A stretch of DNA of 4,386 bases from a virus. Taxonomy: Duplodnaviria > Heunggongvirae > Uroviricota > Caudoviricetes. The notes under the pieces are model-generated. The model saw nothing but the letters and a program-made list of their open reading frames with translations, did not search any database and was not told the origin of the DNA. The position numbers and the translations under genes are program-made. Below are positions 1 through 4,386 of this stretch, one piece after another. The stretch spans positions 1-4,386 of IMG/VR virus record IMGVR_UViG_3300010262_000095; one strand, given 5' to 3'. Within the stretch, counting starts at the first letter, position 1, and every line of letters starts with the position of its first letter.

Positions 1-156
1 GGGCTTGCAGTAAAAGACTTCGGGTTCGCCGATGACATTGAATTCGCTATCGGTGCGAATGGCTGCGAACTGTGCAGGGCGATCTAACGCGGGGTGCGTG
101 CCAAAGGTTTCGTAATCGTGAAAGAGGAAGGTAGGTTGTTTATCTGTGTCTGTCAT
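1..156 (-). CDS. sbcB: Exodeoxyribonuclease I (SbcB-like), 5'-terminal 52 codons only; gene continues beyond the window start
   Basis: Reverse-complement of 1-156 translates in frame from ATG (154-156) as MTDTDKQPTFLFHDYETFGTHPALDRPAQFAAIRTDSEFNVIGEPEVFYCKP with no stop to the window edge. FLFHDYETFG is the N-terminal DEDDh exonuclease motif of Exo I. Absent from the ORF track because the fragment is short and partial. Confidence 0.7.
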   Translation of the reverse strand, partial: MTDTDKQPTFLFHDYETFGTHPALDRPAQFAAIRTDSEFNVIGEPEVFYCKP

Positions 157-176
157 TGTCTAGCATTGTCCACTGT

Positions 177-188
177 AGTTAATTAACT
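177..188. promoter_or_regulatory. Perfect 12-bp palindrome AGTTAATTAACT in the sbcB/int junction region; candidate protein-binding site (operator or recombination core element)
   Basis: Seen directly: 177-188 equals its own reverse complement. It lies 21 bp from the sbcB-like ATG and within a run of TGTC motifs (147-191). Confidence 0.3.
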
Positions 189-284
189 GTCTGTTATAAC
201 TCGAAAAACAACCATTTTTTCACCTGAGTATGTCTACGAACGTCAAATATAGTTGTTTACTGTGCGCTGTTGTCCATGTGATAT

Positions 285-329
285 TGTGTACCAGATGTGT
301 ACCAAACCATTATTTCTGAGCGTACCAAA
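285..329 (+). repeat. Three direct GTACCA-core repeats (TGTGTACCA at 285-293 and 296-304; GTACCAAA at 299-306 and 322-329) immediately upstream of int; candidate arm-type integrase binding sites or int regulatory sites
   Basis: Seen directly: GTACCA cores at 288-293, 299-304 and 322-327, spaced 11 and 23 bp (about one and two helical turns). The last copy ends 11 bp before the int ATG. Confidence 0.4.
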
Positions 330-337
330 TATTATTT

Positions 338-1516
338 ATGGCTATAAGCGACACAAAACTGCGTACTATTTATGGTAAACCATATTCGGGCCCACAAGAA
401 GTGGCTGATGCCGATGGCCTCAGCGTACGAATTTCACCGAAGGGGGTCATCCAGTTCCAGTACCGCTATCGCTGGCATGGCAAGCCTAATCGACTTGGGC
501 TTGGTCGATACCCATCCCTGTCTTTGAAGGATGCCAGACAGATCACTGCTGACTTGCGAAAGCTCTATTTCTCAGGAACGGATCCACGCACTTATTTTGA
601 AGAGAAGGTGGAGAACTCCATGACGGTCGCCCAGTGTCTCGACTACTGGTTCGACAACTACGTCTCTACAACTCTCAGAGAAAAGACCCAGGCACTTTAC
701 CGATCAACGGTTATGAAGCGCATGCATGACGCCTTTCCTAATCGTCCGGCATCTTCTATCACGGTTAAGCAATGGGTTGACCTGCTTACCGAAGAAGAAA
801 GAGATAATCCACGCCGAGCAAGGCAGGTGCTAAGCCAACTAAGATCAGCAATAAGTTGGTGCATGCGGCGTCAGTTGATAGATAGTTGCGCAATTATGAG
901 CATCCAACCAAGGGACTTCGGCTCCCGCGCTGAGGTAGGGGATCGGGTACTGTCGTATCACGAACTGGCTAAGATTTGGCTTGCTATTGAAAGAAGCCGT
1001 GCGTCTACGTCAAATAAGCTCCTTCATCAGATGCTTATGCTGTGGGGGGCGAGGCTCTCAGAGCTTAGGCTGGCAACAAAGACAGAATTTGACCTGCTGG
1101 ACAACGTATGGACCGTACCGAAAGAGCATAGCAAGATGGGTAATGTTATCCGCCGTCCAATCTTCGAACAAATTAAGCCTTTCCTCGAAAAGGCCATGAC
1201 AACGTACAATGATGTTCTTTTCCCTGGAGAAGACATAAACAAACCGATCAGCATCGCTGCAGCCAACCGATTCGTAAATAGAATAAGGGGAGGGATGGAT
1301 CTAGGTTACTGGCGAACACACGATTTCAGAAGAACGCTTGTTACACGTCTGTCCGAGATGAATGTCGAGCCCCATGTTACTGAGCGAATGCTCGGTCATG
1401 AACTTGGCGGGATAATGTCCGTATACAATAAACACGATTGGATAGAGGCTCAGCGCAAAGCGTATGAGCTTCACGCTGATAAATTGTTCTGGCACATCAG
1501 GAGCATTTCTGATTAA
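338..1516 (+). CDS. int: Site-specific tyrosine recombinase, P4-type phage integrase (392 aa)
   Basis: Long ORF with the first in-frame ATG at 338, preceded by an in-frame stop at 317-319. The N-terminus (LSVRISPKGVIQFQYRYRWHGKPNRLGLGRYPSLSLKDAR) resembles the arm-DNA-binding domain of P4-like integrases. C-terminal catalytic signature present: HDFRRT (1319-1336), GHELGG His (1397-1399), candidate nucleophile Tyr in SVYNKHDW (1424-1426). No clear SD upstream. Confidence 0.9.
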   Translation: MAISDTKLRTIYGKPYSGPQEVADADGLSVRISPKGVIQFQYRYRWHGKPNRLGLGRYPSLSLKDARQITADLRKLYFSGTDPRTYFEEKVENSMTVAQCLDYWFDNYVSTTLREKTQALYRSTVMKRMHDAFPNRPASSITVKQWVDLLTEEERDNPRRARQVLSQLRSAISWCMRRQLIDSCAIMSIQPRDFGSRAEVGDRVLSYHELAKIWLAIERSRASTSNKLLHQMLMLWGARLSELRLATKTEFDLLDNVWTVPKEHSKMGNVIRRPIFEQIKPFLEKAMTTYNDVLFPGEDINKPISIAAANRFVNRIRGGMDLGYWRTHDFRRTLVTRLSEMNVEPHVTERMLGHELGGIMSVYNKHDWIEAQRKAYELHADKLFWHIRSISD

Positions 1517-1688
1517 CGCCACCGTTAAGAATCCACCCTTCAACAGCTTCACGAAGGTATGATTTGGGGTGGGTTCTGACTGGCTTCGGAAATCCATGCC
1601 GTTTGGTATAGTTCCAGATTGTCTGACGTGATGAAACACCGAGCTTGTTCATCACTTCTTTCTCAGGAATCAGGCTGGTATCGGTCAT
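1497..1688 (-). CDS. AlpA/Vis-family helix-turn-helix protein, putative excisionase / recombination directionality factor (63 aa)
   Basis: ATG at 1688-1686 with SD GGAG (1696-1699) 7 nt upstream. Sequence SLIPEKEVMNKLGVSSRQTIWNYTKRHGFPKPVR...YLREAVEGWI fits the AlpA-family pattern. It lies immediately beside int and its 3' end overlaps the int 3' end by 20 bp. Confidence 0.75.
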   Translation of the reverse strand: MTDTSLIPEKEVMNKLGVSSRQTIWNYTKRHGFPKPVRTHPKSYLREAVEGWILNGGVNQKCS

Positions 1689-1702
1689 CTTAATTCTCCA
1701 GG

Positions 1703-1729
1703 CAAAAAGAAACCGCCATCAGGCGGTTT
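1703..1729 (-). terminator. Rho-independent terminator: 8-bp stem (1710-1717 / 1722-1729, 5 GC pairs), 4-nt loop, then a U-tract on the minus-strand transcript (1703-1709); possibly bidirectional
   Basis: Seen directly: AAACCGCC-ATCA-GGCGGTTT. The minus-strand RNA continues CUUUUUG; the plus-strand RNA continues GGUGUUCUUUC. The hairpin contains the stop codon of the 55-aa ORF and lies between that ORF and the excisionase-like gene. Confidence 0.6.
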
Positions 1730-1886
1730 GGTGTTCTTTCAGTTCTTCAATTCGAATATTGGTTACGTCTGCATGCGCTATCTGCGCCCATATCATCCAG
1801 TGGTTATAGCAGTCGTTGATGTCCTCTGCTTCGATAACCCTGTCGAATGGCTCTCCATTCCATTCACCTGTGACTCGGAAGTGCAT
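1719..1886 (-). CDS. Hypothetical small acidic protein (55 aa), not in the supplied ORF track
   Basis: ATG at 1886-1884 immediately preceded by an in-frame TAA. SD GGAG (1894-1897) 7 nt upstream. Translation MHFRVTGEWNGEPFDRVIEAEDINDCYNHWMIWAQIAHADVTNIRIEELKEHQTA (11 acidic, 4 basic residues). The TGA stop (1721-1719) sits in the terminator loop. Same strand as the operon. Confidence 0.55.
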   Translation of the reverse strand: MHFRVTGEWNGEPFDRVIEAEDINDCYNHWMIWAQIAHADVTNIRIEELKEHQTA

Positions 1887-1958
1887 TTATCATCTCCATA
1901 AAACAAAACCCGCCGTAGCGAGTTCAGATAAAAGAAATCCCCGCTATTGCGAGGATTG

Positions 1959-2243
1959 TTATTCATTGCCGATATTCACCTTTATCGCGAACACCTTTAC
2001 CGGTTTATCACCGAAGTGCGGATGTGTGATTGTCTTGATTTCATATCCGTCATACGGAACATCAATTCTGCGGCTGGAATCGTCGCGCTTCGGATATCCC
2101 TTTGTGATAATCAGGCGGTCATACTCCCGGAACATAATTCGCTTATTCCAGTAGTCATTACACAGGCGATACTCTTCCGTTTTCTCTCCACTAATCATGG
2201 CATCGAAGTATTCACCTTTGACGGAAAGTTGCAGGTTAGCCAC
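1959..2243 (-). CDS. ASCH/PUA-like small protein (94 aa); start revised to GTG 2243 instead of TTG 2318
   Basis: GTG at 2243-2241 with AGGAGG (2250-2255) 6 nt upstream; it overlaps the upstream gene's stop by 8 bp. Contains GEKTEEYR (2166-2189), matching the GxKxxExR hallmark of ASCH-type PUA-like domains. The ORF-track start at 2318 is a TTG deep inside the upstream gene without an SD. Confidence 0.6.
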   Translation of the reverse strand: MANLQLSVKGEYFDAMISGEKTEEYRLCNDYWNKRIMFREYDRLIITKGYPKRDDSSRRIDVPYDGYEIKTITHPHFGDKPVKVFAIKVNIGNE

Positions 2244-2454
2244 GGTTAACCTCCTGCGCCGTTTTGATGATTGCTGCCAGACAATTCTTGCAAGGAACAA
2301 GCAGCGCTCCCTGCTCAATGCTCAACAGCGCGTGCTGAGCATCCTGAAACAACCAGTCTGAAAATTGTGGCGCATGTCCGCACCACGTTTCTATTTCATG
2401 CTTTGCAAGTTTAACTCCCTCTCGATAGTCATATTTGATGATGTGCTTGCTCAC
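2236..2454 (-). CDS. Hypothetical 72-aa protein with a possible Cys/His metal-binding arrangement (C25, H27, C55, C58)
   Basis: GTG at 2454-2452 with AGGAGG 7 nt upstream; GTGA overlap with the stop of the preceding gene (2451-2453). Translation MSKHIIKYDYREGVKLAKHEIETWCGHAPQFSDWLFQDAQHALLSIEQGALLVPCKNCLAAIIKTAQEVNRG. No family recognised. Confidence 0.55.
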   Translation of the reverse strand: MSKHIIKYDYREGVKLAKHEIETWCGHAPQFSDWLFQDAQHALLSIEQGALLVPCKNCLAAIIKTAQEVNRG

Positions 2455-2642
2455 GACTTCACCTCCTGTTGAGCAGAAACCTGATTTTTGAGTGATTCAG
2501 AAATATTCCTGCAATACCTAGCGGATTCATCGTCGAAAATGCTTTCGAAATACTCAGCAATCCAGCCGAACACAACAACCTGCTCATTGCTTGGATTTGC
2601 GCTTTGATTGAAGGCGGTTATTAGTGATGCACTCATACTCAC
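2451..2642 (-). CDS. Hypothetical small acidic protein (63 aa; alternative ATG start at 2636)
   Basis: GTG at 2642-2640 overlaps the upstream TGA stop (2639-2641); ATG two codons later at 2636-2634. AGGAGG upstream (4 nt from the GTG, 10 nt from the ATG). 8 acidic and 4 basic residues. No family recognised. Confidence 0.55.
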   Translation of the reverse strand: MSMSASLITAFNQSANPSNEQVVVFGWIAEYFESIFDDESARYCRNISESLKNQVSAQQEVKS

Positions 2643-3319
2643 TTAACCTCCTGTTTTGGTGCTGCTGGAAGCGGCATCCAGTGGGTTATGATTACTTCGC
2701 GAGGATTGCAGTCGTCCTCTACTGGCTGCCACTCCGTCCATCCGTTGGTTTGATAGACAAAGAAATAAGCAGGAATGTAGCCTGGTTCATCTCCTTCAAA
2801 ATATGTTCCCCAGCAAAGATACAAGCAATTGCTATCAGGCATTCGCTCACTACAGCTTATCCAACCATCCGGAATTACCGGAGAGTTGCCACCGGGAATA
2901 TTTTCCGGAATATTTTGTTGTGCGTTTTGTGGTTGTTCGGATTTACCCTGAAGCATAGCGGCACGGCAGGCGTTCCAGCCTCTCACCTCTGCAATAGCAG
3001 CAACAGCATCGACCGCGTACATTTTAAGAGGGTTAGGCATTGGTTTTTCTTCAGGTACTACTGGCACTGGAGGGGCGGCATAAACAGGAATAACGTCCGA
3101 TTGATCTTTATTGCTTTCATCTGTTAAAGCCCAGAATAATTTTCCAGCCGGATGTTTGAAAATATAAGCAACTGGTTCTGCTTCCAGCGATGCCAGCGCC
3201 AACTTGAACGCCTGAAGCTCAATGGCACTGTTGGTATCCAGTCCAAACGGTAATTCATCACGATTGGCTTCGTATTCAGCGATAGTTTGCTTCAGCCATT
3301 CTTTGGTTAGTTCAGCCAT
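2639..3319 (-). CDS. DUF551-domain prophage protein (226 aa from ATG 3319; ORF-track start 3370 judged less likely)
   Basis: C-terminal region DGWISCSERMPDSNC...GWTEWQP...VIITHWMPLPAAPKQ matches the DUF551 signature (WI..ER.P ... THWMPLP.PP) as I recall it. ATG at 3319-3317 lies 4 nt after the upstream stop (3324-3326) with a weak AGGG/AAGGGG SD. ATG 3370 has no SD and would overlap the upstream gene by 47 bp. Confidence 0.65.
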   Translation of the reverse strand: MAELTKEWLKQTIAEYEANRDELPFGLDTNSAIELQAFKLALASLEAEPVAYIFKHPAGKLFWALTDESNKDQSDVIPVYAAPPVPVVPEEKPMPNPLKMYAVDAVAAIAEVRGWNACRAAMLQGKSEQPQNAQQNIPENIPGGNSPVIPDGWISCSERMPDSNCLYLCWGTYFEGDEPGYIPAYFFVYQTNGWTEWQPVEDDCNPREVIITHWMPLPAAPKQEVK

Positions 3320-3323
3320 ATCC

Positions 3324-3776
3324 CTAATTCCCCTTGATGCTGACTTTGACGCCAACCTTGCGAATCTCATCGGCGCATCTGTTCACGATACTCCGGTGAA
3401 ACTCACAAAAAATTTTCGCCGACTGCGGCCCTAATGGGTGAACATTGTGCGCACGCGGCAGTACAACCTCCCGCGCCTCCATGTCAGCAATCCGCTTGTC
3501 TTTGGCTTCCAGCTCATCCAGCAGCGCCAGCACGGTAGCTGGATTGGCTGCGGCGATGAATTCAGCATTGGCCTGCTGTTCCATTTGGAAATCTTCATCG
3601 AAACCGCTTTCAGGATGCGCTCCTTCAATTCTGCAAATGGGAAGATATCCAACAACTTCACGATGAATTAGCGCATCATCAGCATCAAATCTCTCCTCTC
3701 CATATTCGAGCGACCACACACCACTCGTTGCTTTCTCTGCCGCTTCACGCAGTGCCTGATAGTCAATCTTGCTCAC
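3324..3776 (-). CDS. Ea22-like (ead/Ea22 family) prophage protein (150 aa)
   Basis: GTG at 3776-3774 with AAGGAGG 6 nt upstream; GTGA overlap with the upstream stop. N-terminal IDYQALREAAEKATSGVWS and internal FIAAANPATVLALLDELE match motifs I recall from lambdoid ead/Ea22-like proteins. Confidence 0.65.
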   Translation of the reverse strand: MSKIDYQALREAAEKATSGVWSLEYGEERFDADDALIHREVVGYLPICRIEGAHPESGFDEDFQMEQQANAEFIAAANPATVLALLDELEAKDKRIADMEAREVVLPRAHNVHPLGPQSAKIFCEFHRSIVNRCADEIRKVGVKVSIKGN

Positions 3777-4204
3777 TGGTTGCCTCCTTTGCGAAGCTGG
3801 GCAGCAAAGTCACGGATAGTGTCATCAAGGTCTGGGCACAACAGATGGTCAGCAAACATCTCCACGCCCTGCGCCCGTACTTCATCCAGAAAAGCATCGG
3901 TGGCTGGGGTTTCAGTAACATCATCTTCCCATTCGCTAAACTCCTCACGACAAAAGTCATTAAATTCCTTCTCAGATTGCTTAAGCGATGTATTTTCTGC
4001 AGCCATCTTCGCGCATTTAGCCTCAAGGTTATCAATCGTGATTCCAGCAGAACGACACTCCCGCAACGCCGTTTCCAGTTTTGATTCAAGTTCACCGAAC
4101 TTACGGACAAGATATTCAGCGTTTGTTTCGTTAATCTTTAAATCTCGTGGGATGTATTTACCTTTCAGAAAACCATCCATCTCAATTAGTGACATTTGTT
4201 TCAT
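3773..4204 (-). CDS. Coiled-coil prophage protein, possibly the N-terminal partner of an Ea22-like pair (143 aa from ATG 4204; ORF-track GTG start at 4222)
   Basis: ATG at 4204-4202 forms an ATGA overlap with the upstream stop (4201-4203). GTG 4222 has no SD. The central region ([38 protein letters not shown]) looks coiled-coil. The C-terminal [21 protein letters not shown] resembles segments of Ea22-like proteins, from memory. Confidence 0.55.
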   Translation of the reverse strand: MKQMSLIEMDGFLKGKYIPRDLKINETNAEYLVRKFGELESKLETALRECRSAGITIDNLEAKCAKMAAENTSLKQSEKEFNDFCREEFSEWEDDVTETPATDAFLDEVRAQGVEMFADHLLCPDLDDTIRDFAAQLRKGGNQ

Positions 4205-4383
4205 TTCTTCCCACTCCGCCACATCGCATTCAGATATTTGTTTTGATTTACTGACGGAAAAGAATTTCTCTTAAGCAATTCCTCTCTCGATGGCATTGGC
4301 TTTACGCGTTGGCGAATAATCATTTCTGCCGGAAGAATGCCGGGATTGTATGCAAGTCCTCTCATGGTAAATTCCTCAGTCAT
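4201..4383 (-). CDS. Hypothetical small protein; 5' end uncertain (frame is open to the window edge; candidate starts at ATG 4383 and at SD-supported ATG 4365)
   Basis: Frame is open from 4386 to the TGA at 4203-4201. ATG 4365-4363 is preceded by GAGG 6 nt upstream. Translation from 4365: [54 protein letters not shown]. No family recognised. Confidence 0.4.
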   Translation of the reverse strand: MTEEFTMRGLAYNPGILPAEMIIRQRVKPMPSREELLKRNSFPSVNQNKYLNAMWRSGKK

Positions 4384-4386
4384 TAC

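Larger units (their letters stand above)
157..4386. mobile_element. Integrase-proximal end of an integrated lambdoid-type prophage (attL side); exact left boundary not determinable here and may lie inside 125-337
   Basis: Integrase next to a chromosomal housekeeping gene, convergent excisionase-like gene, then a coupled operon of small phage-type accessory genes (Ea22-like, DUF551) transcribed toward int. Gene order and content match lambdoid prophage left arms. Confidence 0.65.

Noticed and set aside
203-221. Inverted repeat GAAAAA-N7-TTTTTC as a terminator
   Set aside because: The stem is all A/T with a 7-nt loop and is too weak for an intrinsic terminator. More likely an AT-rich bendable segment, possibly an IHF-type site, but I cannot support a specific call.
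157-337. tRNA or tmRNA gene as the integration target next to the P4-type integrase
   Set aside because: There is no tRNA-like 3' end or cloverleaf-compatible sequence in the junction. The neighbouring gene is protein-coding, so the element appears to use a protein-gene 5' region as its target.
225-337. Sigma-70 promoter for int (TTACTG-17bp-GATATT near 257-285; TATAGT at 248-253; TATTAT at 330-335)
   Set aside because: None combines a good -35, correct spacing and a good -10. TATTAT is too close to the ATG. I could not call a promoter with useful confidence.
981-1639. ORFs 981-1199 (+), 1027-1266 (-) and 1301-1639 (-) inside or antisense to int
   Set aside because: They sit entirely within the integrase coding region, or antisense to it and to the excisionase 3' end. 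The integrase frame has catalytic motifs that account for this DNA.
1887-1958. Possible attenuator or terminator in the 72-bp gap between the ASCH-like gene and the 55-aa ORF (T-rich GCGGGTTTTGTTTT on the minus strand)
   Set aside because: No convincing stem precedes the T-run. It more likely serves as spacer plus the SD region of the 55-aa ORF.
1816-2249. Plus-strand ORFs 1816-2154 (112 aa) and 1947-2249 (100 aa)
   Set aside because: They lie antisense to the SD-supported minus-strand genes at 1719-1886 and 1959-2243, have no ribosome-binding sites, and fall where the minus-strand operon and its terminator are well supported.
2244-2318. ORF-track start (TTG 2318) for the ASCH-like gene
   Set aside because: The TTG has no SD and would overlap the upstream gene by 83 bp. 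GTG 2243 has AGGAGG at ideal spacing and gives the usual stop/start coupling.
2624-3127. Plus-strand 167-aa ORF (Cys/Trp/Phe-rich)
   Set aside because: It is fully antisense to the DUF551 gene, which has a recognisable domain signature. It has no SD and an odd low-complexity composition typical of a shadow ORF.
3320-3370. ORF-track start (ATG 3370) for the DUF551 gene
   Set aside because: It has no SD and would overlap the upstream gene by 47 bp. ATG 3319 sits 4 nt after the upstream stop. The longer form is not fully excluded.
3324-4204. Reading the two Ea22-like ORFs as one frameshifted pseudogene
   Set aside because: The junction has a strong SD (AAGGAGG) 6 nt before the GTG and the same GTGA overlap used elsewhere in the operon, so a genuine two-gene arrangement is more likely. 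Comparison with relatives would be needed to exclude a frameshift.
3222-4274. Plus-strand ORFs 3222-3434, 3438-3671, 3445-3666, 3728-4084 and 3780-4274, and minus-strand ORFs 3431-3661 and 3763-4110
   Set aside because: All overlap the two Ea22-like genes in alternative frames. The serine- and alanine-rich translations and absent SDs indicate frame shadows of a GC-biased coding region.
1-4386. CRISPR array, insertion sequence, or a classical defence system (restriction-modification, Abi, retron)
   Set aside because: There are no regularly spaced repeats, no transposase-like ORF or terminal inverted repeats, and no ORF large enough for a nuclease, ATPase, methyltransferase or reverse transcriptase other than the integrase.

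Overview
This window appears to be the integrase-proximal (attL-side) end of a lambdoid-type prophage sitting at the 5' end of an exonuclease I (sbcB-like) gene. Left to right: (1) the first 52 codons of the sbcB-like gene on the minus strand (1-156), reading out of the window; (2) a ~180 bp junction region (157-337) with a perfect 12-bp palindrome and three helically phased GTACCA direct repeats just upstream of int; (3) a P4-type tyrosine integrase on the plus strand (338-1516); (4) a convergent AlpA/Vis-family excisionase-like gene (1497-1688, minus) whose 3' end overlaps int by 20 bp; (5) an intrinsic terminator hairpin (1710-1729); (6) a tightly packed, translationally coupled minus-strand operon of small accessory genes (1719-4383). 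The operon holds a 55-aa acidic ORF missing from the supplied ORF track, an ASCH/PUA-like protein, a 72-aa Cys/His protein, a 63-aa acidic protein, a DUF551 protein, two Ea22-like proteins and one more small ORF at the right edge. I found no tRNA, rRNA, CRISPR array or IS element. I do not see a classical defence system, since there are no nuclease-, ATPase- or methyltransferase-sized genes. The candidates for novelty are the uncharacterised small proteins, which occupy the position where lambdoid phages carry ea/b-region accessory genes, and the apparent remodelling of the sbcB 5' end by the prophage junction. All family assignments rest on motifs read by eye and on recalled sequences; no database search was run.
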